Origin: Gracilinanus agilis
Lineage: Eukaryota
Direction of reading: 5' to 3'
Assembly: GCF_016433145.1 (NCBI RefSeq)
Contig: NC_058131.1
Span: 288,984,962 to 289,048,961, forward strand
Length of the DNA: 64,000 bases
In this document: in pieces, positions 35,480-46,929 of the stretch
How positions within the stretch are numbered: position 1 is the stretch's first letter
Layout: each line of letters begins with the position of its first letter
Program-made: the position numbers and the translations under genes
The notes under the pieces: generated by a model
Seen by the model: only the letters and a program-made list of their open reading frames with translations
Databases searched by the model: none
What the model was told of the DNA's origin: nothing

Positions 35480-36500
35480 AGGGTCACTAGCGCACGAGGT
35501 GACATTAAAGCCAAGGAGAAGAGGGCATTGGGACGCGCACATAGGATTCTGAGGGAGGGGGCCTCGACCCAGAGAAACCAGCGAAGGCGATGGAAGTTAT
35601 GCTGCCATCCCGGAATCAAAGGGGCAGGCGACGCAGTCTGGGAAAACCGGGAGGAGGGAGGGGTAAAGTAGGTGGGGAGGGTCGGTCGGGCTCCCAGATG
35701 CAGGATTAGAAAAGCTCTAGGAGTACCAGAGCCAGAGGAGTGCGCAAGCGCGGGATCGTTCTGAGCAGGAGAGAGGGGGCGGAGAGAAGGGAGGGGCGAA
35801 ATGGGGCGCGCGCTCTCTCCTCCCTCTCTTCTCCGTCCCCCTCTCAACTTCTCTCTCCCTCCTTTTCTCTTCTTCCTGGCTCCCTCCCTCTCTCTCCAGC
35901 TCCAGGCGGGCGGGTGCGCGCACGCCGCCCTCTCTCCCGGGCTCCGCCCCCCGCCCTGCCGCGCGCTCCCGCCCCCGGGCTGAGGAGACTCTGGAGTCGC
36001 AGCCCAGCACAAAGGCGGCGACGGCGGCGAAGGCAGCGGCAGCGGCAGCGACGGGAGAGAGTTCCCCTAGGCCGCTAACCTCGGGGCCCCCAGTTTCTGG
36101 GCCTCCCCTTCCCGTCTCCAGTCGCCCGCCCGAGGGCCTAAGATGGCGGCGGCGGTGGCGACAACGACCGGGCAGAGCTGCGGCCCCGGGCGGAAAGCGC
36201 CTGGAGGAGTCGTCGTCGCCTGACCGCGGATCCCCGGACTCCAGCGCGGCTCGCGGCAGGACCGCGGCCTCCAGGGGCCCTTACCTGCCCGGAGCGGACT
36301 TGGGGGGACACGACTACATACTCTCCTTGGCCGCCCGTTTGGCCGCCTCCGCCTCGCCCTCCCCAGCGCCGCCGCCGCCATCTTGTGTCCCGGCCGGGGA
36401 GGGAGGGTGCCGTTGCGCATGCGCAGGCACCGCCTTTGAGGGCCTTCGTAGTCATCGCGCCGCCATCTTGAGTGTGGCGAAACCTACCCCCCGGGGGTGG
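35480..36500. promoter_or_regulatory. PCIF1 CpG island promoter: NRF1 palindrome TGCGCATGCGCA 36414-36425; YY1 motifs AAGATGGCGGC at 36140-36150 (+), 36374-36384 (-), 36459-36469 (-)
   Basis: Motifs read directly; very high CpG density. Confidence 0.8.
36285..36400 (-). other. PCIF1: PCIF1 exon 1 (5' UTR; TSS approximate)
   Basis: Strong donor CAG|GTAAGG at 36284 inside the CpG island, downstream of NRF1/YY1 motifs. Confidence 0.75.
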
Positions 36501-38371
36501 GGAGTTCGGGAAGACTTCCTAGGGCTATAACCCTGAAAGTTTGGTTTCAGTTTCACGACTCACTCCACTCTAGAAAACGTCTTTTGGGTTTCCCTCATGG
36601 GCACTGTGTATTACTTGGGTTCCATTCCTGACTCTTCCACTCCTTATATTTGTAAGGTTGGTCACTTCTCTGAACCATGTTTCCCCCTCTTGAAATGACA
36701 GTGATTATATTCCCGTATTAAATGGTTGTAGTGAAAGCGCCGTAGAAGAGGGAGTTCTTAGCCGCAGTAATCCTTTCATAATAATGATGGTTAATGTTTA
36801 TATAGTGGTTACTATGAACCAGGCACTGCACAGAAGTGCTTCACGATCATTTCATTTGATCTTCACACAATCCTGGGAGGTGAGTGTTTTTAACCCCATT
36901 TAAAAGACGAGGAAACTGAAGTAAACAGTTAAAATTACTTTAGAGGAGTCATCAGCTAGAAAGTATTTTGAGGCTGATTTGAACTCGGAGTCTGTCAGAT
37001 TCCAGGTGGGGTGCTCTCTCCATTTTCGCCACTGAACAACCACCTCCTTTAATTTTGCCAACGAAGCCTCAAAGATTAATTTATTTGGTGGATCCTTCTG
37101 GCCTTTTGTAATTTTGATTTCAAAAGATTAGGATAGTATCTGAACTTCGTGGTTGCATTCTACACAGCTCACGTAGGAACTGAGGGATGAGCTTACACTC
37201 TTCCACTTAGGACAAGAAATTTCATCTCTCTGTATGTCAGTTTCCTCAGCCAAAGGGAGAGAATAACACTTTCACCACCTCCCTTTAGGAAGTGTTGGCA
37301 AAAGTTAAAACACATTAGAAATAGAACTGTTAAAATTATCAAATGAGATGATTTTAAAAAACTGTGAATCTTAAAGCATTATATGAATGTTGGCCATGAT
37401 GATGACAATTGACCCAAAAAGAGCAAATGGCTTGCCCACAACTATATGGCAGTTGTGTGGCAATCTGGGTTTTACTGTTAAGGCCCAAAGCTCTTTCCAT
37501 TCACGTAGTTATCTATTTATTGCATAGTGTGAAGAATACTAGACTTCAGAATCAGATCTGTCTTTTCTCTCTCAAACATAAGTGATCTTAGACAAATAAC
37601 CCTTTCTATGCTTTAGTTCCTCTGTTCTAAATTGAAAAAGTTGGACTACAACATGATCTCTAAGGCCTATATGTTTCTGAGATTAAAGAGAAGCCATGAC
37701 TGAAAGTTGCAAAAACTGAATAAGGCTAGACAGAGCTTAAATCAGCCTTCCTCAGCTCTATCTGGAGGAGATTCTGCAGAATTGGCCCATTTCTATCCTG
37801 TACCTTGTATTTATATTGCCTGACTTGACAGGCATGTGATGTTGCAGATGACAGGTGCTGCCCTCTTGGGTTATCACTGCAGTACTGATTCCTCCCTCTC
37901 CTACTCCCTAATTATTTCTCAGAAAAATCCAGTCTCCATGAGCAGAACAAGTTTGCTGCCTACTGTCTATCAGGCCATTTTTTGCTGAGTGATGGCTTCT
38001 CTGAGGGAGGCTTGTCTAATGGCTTATCTATACTCTCTCTGAGCTCTCCCATTTTTTTTTTTTTTTTTGCTTGAAGGGTTCCATTTCATACAAATTCCAT
38101 ATATATCCGACTACTTGTCAGTCTCTTTCAGGATCCTTGTCCATACCCTGTTTAGTAGCTATAGGTTTCCAAAACTTTGTCCTGGGCCCTCTTTCTTCAC
38201 ATTCTTATCTGGGCAATCTCAAACTCTACAAGTCTAAATCAAACCTTTTCTTTCGAACCTCTACCAAACTCTCCTGTTTTTACTAAAAGCACTACAATTT
38301 TTCTGGGTGCACAATTGTACAACCTCAGAGTCATCCTTAAATCTTATAATGTATGACATTTCAAGAACTTT

Positions 38372-38549
38372 TTTTTTTTTTAACTTTCATCGATAAGTAT
38401 CGCTTCCAAGGTATTAAAGGCTAGGCAATGGGGGTTAAGTGACTTACCCAGGGACCTACAGATATGATGGGTCTGAGGCCAAATTTAAACCCAGGATATC
38501 CCACCTCCAGGCCTGGCTTTCTATCCACTGAACTACCTAACTGCCCCCA
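38372..38549 (-). mobile_element. SINE1_Mdo-like SINE
   Basis: Poly-T, GGCTAGGCAATGGGGGTTAAGTGAC, head reverse complement. Confidence 0.85.
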
Positions 38550-39059
38550 TTGCAGAGCACTTTAAAGCTCATCTAACAACTCTGTGATAGAGGTATGTAG
38601 GACAAGGATTATTTTCACTATTTTCCAATTATATATCTCTGATGACATCCTTTATACCATTTCTCCCACACAATATTTTATTAGTATTATGTTTCAGGAA
38701 AGCAGTATGATTTAGTGCACAGAGGGAAGGGCTTAAAAGTCAGGAAGACTTGGTTTAAATCCTGACCCTAATTAATTGAATAACCCTGAGCAGGTTGCTT
38801 AGCCTCCCAAGTGCCTCTGTGGACTCCCCAAGAATTTAGCCACTAAATCAGAGGATCCTACTCTGTTTTGGTGGAGGAAACTCCTAAGTTTCATATTTTA
38901 ATTCGATGTATATTTTGCCCATTTTGTTTTAATCTATTCACACTAACCATTCTCTCCAAGAATCCTTTCCTAATTCCCTCCTTATACATTTATCCCCTCC
39001 CTATTACCACGTTTTATTTTGTATATAACTTGCATGTCCTTATCCCTGAATATTTTTAT

Positions 39060-40100
39060 CCCTTAAGGTGAATGCAAGATGCTCACAGAGATTTTTACTT
39101 TTGCACTTCTGTCAATAGATTTGGTACTTAATAATTATTAATCTAAGATTCTAAAGTTGACAAATATGGAAAAAAGACAAATGTTTGAGGAACAACAAGA
39201 AAACAGGTACACTAATGAATTGTTGATAGAGCTACAAATTGGCATAGTCCTTCTTTTGGAAAAGCAATTTGGAACTACATCCACAAAGCTACTAGACTGC
39301 ATACCTTCTGGTCTAATAATACCTCTACAAGCCTTATGCTCTAAAGAGATCATTGAGGAATGGCTAAACAAATTATGGCATAGCAATGTACTGAAATACT
39401 GTTATGCCAAAAGAGAGAGACCATTAGGTATTTACTATATGCCATGCACTATTTTAAAAACTAGTAATAAAAATACAAGCAAAAAACTAGTGCATTCCTT
39501 TAGGGAATAGGGGAAAGACAACCTAGAAAGGAAGCTGAAAAGGAAGGGTAGGGGATGGGGACGGCTCTACCCCAGGAATGAGGTGAAAAAATAATCAGGA
39601 GAGTCCTGGGCAGAACAAGATTAGAAGGGAGCTTTTTGCAGTTTGGATATTTCCCCAAATGGAAATTCAGGGGTAGAATTCACCAATTGAAGGAAGCCAC
39701 TATAACAGTGGAGAGACCTTGCCAGTCAAAGTAGGTGGAGGTAGAACTAACGAAAGAAATTGGAGATTGCTTCATAGAAAACTGGGAAGACTTGAATGAA
39801 CTAAGAGTACAGAGTAAAGTGAATGGAGAATAAACAAAGATAAACAACTTTGAGAGACTTCAAAACTCTGAGAGCACAATGATCAACCTCGGTTCCACAA
39901 AACTGATCATGAAGTGTGCTATCCACTTTCTGACAAAAATAGTACAAAATAACATTTTTGAGGAATATGTCCAATTCAGGGACTTGTTTTGCCTGATCAT
40001 GCATTTTTATTGCAAAAAAATTTTTGTTGCTGTTTTTTCCCCTCTAACATGGATGAAAAGTAAGAGGGAGATTTAAAAACATTGTATTCATTGGGGAAAA
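39060..40100 (+). mobile_element. Degenerate L1 3' portion (ORF2 C-terminus and 3' UTR), fragmented
   Basis: ORF 39157-39510 resembles the L1 ORF2 C-terminal region (LLEKQFGT...CIPSGLIIPL...WLNKLW); 3' UTR-like text at 39780-40080. Confidence 0.65.
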
Positions 40101-40999
40101 AAATATAATTAAAAAAATGCTTGTTGATTGAAATGCTTTTCAATCTAGGCATACTGGTCAACCAGCTGTTTCCTGTGCATGACTAACAGTCTCTCATGTC
40201 TATGTACCTTTGAACAGATGATACACCATATTTTGAGCCAGGCCTAATCTAGGCAAATCCAATTGTTCCTGGTTTGGGGATTAAAATGCAGTGAATTTAT
40301 GGATCGTGAAATACAATGAAATTATTAGGTATTCAGAGAGTACAACTTTCAGAGTTAAAAGGATATAAAGTCTTTCATCTCATGCCCACCCCACTCCACC
40401 ACCATCTTAGCAACCTCACACACCAAGTCAGGGGATCATTTCTCCGTCAGTAGATAAAAATTTTTACTTTGACTTATCAGACTGCACTTATATTGCACTA
40501 TACTTTTTTGGCCAGCTAGGAAACAAGGGCCTTTAAGGGACCTGCTGAGTCTGCATGCCAGAGTCACTGCCCAGAATGTAAGGCACTGGGAGGGGTAGCC
40601 AAAGAAGAAGGGAAGGAAGAGGACACAGCTCTGACCTCAGTGTGGATAAAATCTTAATCAACTAGGGCTCTTCAGCAACTACCCCCAAGCCAAAACAAAG
40701 AATAGCTTTTACCATAGCCCATATCTGGACCCTCCTCATCTCTTCCTAGAATCTAGTTTGCTTCAAAACACCCATGTGCCTCTGTAACAAGAGTACCTAA
40801 CATTACACCTACTCCCTTCTACCAACAGTTAATGCTCTCTTCCTTTTAGAAATTACTTTGTATATGTTTTGCTTGCTTCTTTATGCATGTGTGTGTGTGT
40901 GTGTATAATCCCTCCAATAGACTGTAAGCTGTTAAAGATAGGAATTGTTTAACTCTTGTCATTGTATTCCTCCCATCTAGCACAGTATATTGCATGTTT

Positions 41000-41244
41000 T
41001 TGTTGTTCAGTCATTTTAGTTGTGTCCACTTCTGCCCCTATTTGGGATTTTCTTGGCAAAGATACTGGAATGGTTTGCCATTTCCTTCTCCAGCTTATTT
41101 GACAGATAAAAAACAGAAATAATCAGGGTTAAGTGACTTGCCCAGGGTCATGGCAACTGGTAAATTTTCAAGGTCAGATTTGAATTCAGAGAGTTTCCCT
41201 GACTCCAAGCCCTGCACTCTATTCACTATGCCACCTAACTGCCT
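41000..41244 (-). mobile_element. MAR1 SINE
   Basis: GTTGTTCAGTC...TTGGCAAAGATACTGGAATGGTTTGCCATTTCCTTCTCCAGC (RTE-like tail) plus CORE. Confidence 0.85.
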
Positions 41245-41280
41245 GTGTATCTTCCATATAGTAGATACTTCATAGATTTT

Positions 41281-41478
41281 TTTTTTAACCCTCACCTTCC
41301 ATCTTAGAGTCAATACTGTGTGTATTGGCTCCAAGGCAGAAGAGTGGTAAGGGTAGGCACTGGGGGTCAAGTGACTTGCCCAGAGTCACACAGCTGGGAA
41401 GTGTCTGAGGCCAGATTTGAATCTAGGACCTCCCGCTCTAGGCCTTACTCTCAATACACTGAGCCACCCAGCTGCCCC
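41281..41478 (-). mobile_element. Young SINE1_Mdo-like SINE with 15-bp TSD
   Basis: TSD TACTTCATAGATTTT at 41266-41280 and 41479-41493. Confidence 0.92.
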
Positions 41479-41889
41479 TACTTCATAGATTTTTAATTGA
41501 ATTTGCTACAGCAATTTGAAAAACTATTGATGTTAAAAATATGGGACAGAAGGAAGAGACCCATATGTCCAAAAAATGTAGCTCCTCTTTTTGTGGTAGC
41601 AAATAAATGGAAATGAGAGGTACCCATAAATTTGAGAGTAGTCAAAATGTGGTATGCTCATGTAATTAAATATTTTGCCACAAAAAGAAGACAAGTATGA
41701 CAAATTCCAAGAAACTTGGGAAGACATGAAATGTTGCAGAGTAAAAAGAAGAGCACCAGAAAACCAATTTGCACAATCCACAATAACGTGAAAGAAAAAC
41801 AACTTCAAAAGTTAGAAGAACTATAATCAAAGCAGTAACCAGTCTTGGTCATAACTTTAGAAGACTGTTGATGACATATGCCTGTAGAG

Positions 41890-42094
41890 CATATGTTGGG
41901 CAAACTGCGGCCCTCTGGCCAGATGCAGCCCCCTGAAATGTTCTATAGGGCCACACAACATTATTCCTAATCTGATGATTACAATGAGTAGGATACAATA
42001 CAATGAAACTTCGAAAGAGTTGCCTTAGAAACAGACTGACAGATGAGCATTTCCTTTCTTTTGGCCCCCAATTTAAAAAGTTTGCCCATAACTG
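41890..42094. mobile_element. hAT MITE (~205 bp)
   Basis: TIR-like ends ...TGGGCAAACT / AGTTTGCCCATAACTG; 8-bp TSD CTGTAGAG / CTCTAGAG. Confidence 0.85.
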
Positions 42095-42230
42095 CTCTAG
42101 AGGTATAGAATAAGATATTTTTCATACGTAGCCAAAGTATCAATTTACTTCATTAGGTTGTACATACTGTTACAACGAACGCCTATTTGATTAGGGTTTG
42201 GAGATGAATTAAGTGGATAATAATAGAGAT

Positions 42231-43040
42231 TGTTAAAAGGAATTTCATAATTTCACTGACTCATTAGGAACAGAAGTTTTATGCTAAAGGAAGGTTTTTA
42301 ATTTGTATGCTGTCTCCTTAAGAGGCAGCAACAGACAAGTCTTTCCCTCTGTCTCTTTAAGAGGCAGTAGGAGAGAGGTTGGACCTCCATCTCTTTAAGA
42401 GACCCATTATAAAAGAAAATTCACTTAGTTCTGGGCTCCATGTTTCTCTGTCTTCCTACAGAGCAGGGTGTCTGGAGTTTCAGTGTTGTGCTCTCTGTCA
42501 GGAACATCTGGCAGTTAGCTGTTGAGAGTTGGAATTCATATATGAAGTTAAGAGTCTATTTCTGAGGGGTTTCTTCTTCCCAGCACTTAGAGGGGAGAAG
42601 GGCCTCACTCTGAGGGCTTTTCTCCTCAGAACTCCGAGAGAGCTACTGCACTGTCAACTGTGACAGGCAGTTTCTCAACTGAAAGTTAATAGAAGAATTA
42701 CCTTTAGGAGTTTGTTACTGATAATTATTCATTGATTAGCTAGGTTAGAGAGATAGAAAATTATTTCAGTCAGACAGAGTAGACAGTTAGGCCTGCTTTT
42801 GTCAGGCAAGAAGAAAATGCAAAGAAAGCAGGTAGATTTTAGGGTTTTATTAGAGAATTTAGTATAGGATTAAGACTTATAGATATAGTATAAGGATTAA
42901 GAGATTTACTATCCTATTTCCTACATCCTGTTTCCTATCTCTACATCTCCTCATAGAATAAATAGTGTTGGTGGTGTACCAAACTGCTTCCAGCCTTCTA
43001 TCAACCGCCTACAAAATAGTTTTACCAATAACAGCTTTAG
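42231..43040 (+). mobile_element. Probable solo ERV LTR
   Basis: Starts TGTT, ends ...ATAACA; internal TATAAAAG (~42408) and AATAAA (~42957); TSD not resolved. Confidence 0.5.
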
Positions 43041-43639
43041 TTTACCAATAACAGCTGTAGTTTGACCATAATAATGTAAAAAAATTCACAGAAGAAAAAA
43101 AGTTCAGAAGAGCAACAAACAGGATGATTTGGTTACTAAATTAATTTAATCCATTTTTCCAGAAACAATCTACATAACTGAGTTTCACATTAAATCTTTT
43201 TTGTGCTTCATATATTAAAATGTTTGTGATGGTTTGTTGATGATTGCTAAGTTTGGATGATTCAACTTCAGTTCTTCAGAGACTGTAGTATTCTATGACT
43301 CAGAGGCATACAACTACACTAGAAGAATATTGGTGTTGAAAAGATGAAACTGTTATTTCAGAGAAAAGTTTGGGGTCATTGGAAAAACTATAATTTCCCA
43401 AAGGCAAACTAGCCACCTAAGTACCCCATCTTCAATTCTGGGCCCAGATCATTGTCACTTTGCTTGTCTGTCAAAAGATACGTGTACTGAAGGATGAGCT
43501 TTATGGTTGTCTATCTGGATAATGAGTATGAACAAACTTGTGATACACAGTATTATAAATGAAAAACCTTACAGATAAGCAGTATTAAGAATATCACTAA
43601 ATCATGTATGACCAAATCATTTGGCCGTGTTGGAATTTT

Positions 43640-43831
43640 TTAAAGTGTTTATCTTCCTTATAATCAAAACTACATATTGGTTCTAAAGCAGAAGAATGGT
43701 AAGGCCTAGGCAATAGGGGTTGTGATTTGCCCAGGGTCACACAACTAGGAAATGTCTGAGGCCAAATTTAAACCCAGGAATTCCTGTCTCCAAGCCTGGC
43801 TCTCTATCCACTGAGCCATCTAACTGCCCCT
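43640..43831 (-). mobile_element. SINE1_Mdo-like SINE
   Basis: Reverse-complement consensus motifs. Confidence 0.8.
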
Positions 43832-44744
43832 CTGTTGGATATTTTGACAAGTTTTTCTATTTATTTAGCCTTCCATGACTTCTTAAATGTTTTATCAGAT
43901 GATATTCAACACAATCTTCCACCATGCTCCATAAGATTTTAGAAATAATAGCTATCATTTACATAATAGTTAAGACCAAGAGCTTTGCATATATTAATTC
44001 ATCTGATCTTCATAAACTATAAAGTAAGTATTCTCATTTTCTACATGAGGAAACTAACAGTGGTTATTTGCCCAGGTTCACATACCTGGTAACTCTTTAG
44101 GGAGAGGATTTGACTTCAAGTCCAAAGCTCTGCCCATTCCTTTTAGCCATCTTAGATGGTTTTATATTAAACCAGTATGTCCTTGCCTGGAGTATCAAGG
44201 AGTCCCTGGGCTTCTCATATTAAATTATTTACATCCATTACACTTCCTTAGGAAATTTAATATGTTATTTTCAACACCTATTCCTTTTTCTATTTACCTT
44301 TTTTTTCTTTGCATCAACCACTTTTTTAAGTAGGGCAGGTTGATCTCAGGTGTGTGCCATATCTCATTTTATTCTTATTCCAATTTGATAAAACATAAGC
44401 TTCTTGAGAATAGTGCTTATTTTGTGTGTCTATGTTGGTATCTCTTTGTGCCTAGTATGGTGCCTCGAGCATAGTAGATACTTAAAAGACGATTGTTGAT
44501 ATGAATTTTTTCGCCAACTCTGCACTTTCTGTACACAGCTGATTCAGAAACAACTCAGTCAGCAGGCTTATTTTCTGTTGAAATATCCATTTGTGTGGGT
44601 GTGGGTGTGTGATAATCATCAAGAATGAAGTTTCCCAATACTCTTCTCTAAAGTATTCATACTACATAGGCATAAAGCTGCAGTGTGGCCTGTGAATCAT
44701 TTTGGTTTTTTTTTGTCATCTCTATTCCCATTTTATTTTTATTA

Positions 44745-44945
44745 TTTTTTTTTCCTAAAACCCTTCTGTCTTAGAATCAATACTGTGTATTGGCTCCAAG
44801 TCAGAAGAGTGGTAAGGGTGGGCAATGGGGGTCAAGTGACTTGCCCAGGGTCACACAGCTGGGAAGTGTCTGAGGCCAGATTTGAACCTAGGACCTCTCT
44901 TCTCTAGGCCTGGCTCTCAATCCACTGAGCTACCCAGCTGCCCCC
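44745..44945 (-). mobile_element. SINE1_Mdo-like SINE
   Basis: Near-consensus full-length copy. Confidence 0.9.
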
Positions 44946-45539
44946 TTTATGCCCATTTTATAATGAAGCCAGCAAGTGTCAAAGAATATGCTTGTAAACA
45001 ACCTAGGTTCAGTGTGAAGAGATAAAATCCTGCCTGCATAATTCAATATTTGGATCCTATGGGGACAACAAACTCACTGTCTCCTTCTGATCAATCATGG
45101 TAGCTCACCCCTGAAAGGAAGGACCTGGTTCTGTGACTGACTTGTTCTCTTTCCTTTGAACCACCAGATGGCATCATGTAACTCAGTTACTTCCACTGAG
45201 AGGTGGAGAAGTTCTGGTCCTTTACCACCCCAGCATCCTGGCAGTCAAGCCCAGGGTGACTCAGCTATGCCAGGCCTGGGACTGCCTTTGTTTCTTTTCT
45301 GAGTAAATGACCAAAACATCAGCCTTGAGATAGGCAACTCTAGGGCTGGAGGTGACCTTGTAAATTACATTGGTCCCCACAGCTTTGAGCAATAAGAGGC
45401 ATTTAACTACCCAAGACTGAGCAGTAACAGGTCTTGGATAAAGTGTCCATGGCCACACAAGCTACCCTAACTGTCTCAGTATGTACCTTCCCTATAAGGC
45501 AAGTGTGGAGTAGCCCACTGGATCTCCAAACTTCTCTTT

Positions 45540-46920
45540 AATCAACTTGCTCTTTGCCACTATCCCTCAACAACTTCTCCTTTAAAATTCACTTCGGCTA
45601 GATTTACCTAGTCTTCCTCTTCTGCCCAAGCCTTGGCCTTTACACTTAACAACCCATCAGTGTCTATAGTGATCCTTCCTCCTATACCCTAATCTCCCAA
45701 TTTCTCAGCCACCTTAAACCATATGATTTATTTGCTTACTCCACCTTAGCCTTCTCATAAATTTCCACAAGTATTCCATTTTCTTAATCAGCAACACTGA
45801 TATTCTCTACTGACCAGAACCCCTTATCTTTTCCTGTGCCTCACTCCATCTTTAACCTACTCTTAACACTTTTTATCCTAAATTCCAAACTTTCCACTCC
45901 TTAGTCCTTTCTCAGACCATTTATCCTTGTTCTGATTTCACTTTCCTTCCTTTCTAATCTCTATCTTATAATTAGCCAATTCAACTCTGTTTTTGAATCT
46001 CTTGTTGCTTGTCTTACTGCCACTTATCCTTTGGTTTACTTCTTCGGTTTACTTCTGGCATCCACCTCCTCAGCTCATACAGCATGTTGAAAGGAGCTAG
46101 AAGAAGCCATACCACATGGACTAAGAATATTATAAATTCATATCTAACTTCAGTTAAGCCCTCACTGCAGCAAGGCAATCTTTTCATTCTATCTCACTCC
46201 ACTAATTTCTAAAACTAATTTCTTCAGGCCTTCTTTACCCTCCCGTTCCCTTCTTTCTCAGTTGAGAAACTTGCCTCTTACTTCCCTTCTCCCTTTTTCT
46301 TCATTCCAAAACTCTTTTTGACATTATCTCCCACTCTCTTCTTTTTCCTCAGACTCCCTGACAATCAAGGCCCTTCTCTTTGCCAGCCCTTTATTTGCCC
46401 TTGATCACATCCTGCCTATCAAATCACAAACTTAATCATCCTCTATCTGATTTATCTACTGGTTCCTTCCCTACTACCTTCAAACAGGCTCATCTCCACC
46501 CTTAAAAACTTTACCTTGACCCTACCATCTCCTCAAATTGTTGTCTTATATTGCTCCTCCATTTCTTGTGGAAAAAGAAGGAAGAGAACAAACAAGAACA
46601 AAAAGAACAAGGACAGGAACAAGACGACAGTATACACTTGTTACTTCCTCTTTTCCCATTCACTTCTCAACCCCTTTCAATCTGGCTTCTGACCTCATTG
46701 CTCAACTGAAATGTTTCCCTAAATCCTTTATAAATGATCTCCTAATTATCAAATCTAATGGTCATTTCTCAGTCTATTTTCCCTTTCAACCTATCTGCTG
46801 AATGTGAAACATGACTACCTTAACCTTCAGAATACTTTTTCCTGAGTTTTTTTTTTAATTTATTACTATCTCCTAGTTTTCTTACCTGTCTACCCATTCT
46901 TTATCATCTGTATCATGCTC
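45540..46920. mobile_element. Degenerate L2 LINE segment
   Basis: C/T-rich L2-like text (e.g. CAACCCCTTTCAATCTGGCTTCTGACCTCA, TCCTAATTATCAAATCTAATGGTCATTTCTCAGTC). Confidence 0.6.
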
Positions 46921-46929
46921 TCTAACTGT

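Larger units (their letters stand above)
26100..36400 (-). other. PCIF1: PCIF1 (CAPAM, cap-specific adenosine N6-methyltransferase) gene span, 17 exons; ends approximate
   Basis: Spliced 2121-nt CDS (706 aa) MANENHGSPREE...RESNPT; WW domain, FASPLN and NPPF motifs; all GT-AG. Confidence 0.97.

Noticed and set aside
35413-36530. Long ORFs (up to 199 aa) across the PCIF1 CpG island
   Set aside because: Compositional artefacts crossing intron boundaries; only the spliced uORFs are retained
39157-39510. 117-aa ORF, and similar ORFs at 50582-50899 and 62670-63658, as host genes
   Set aside because: They are degenerate L1 ORF1/ORF2 pieces or their antisense
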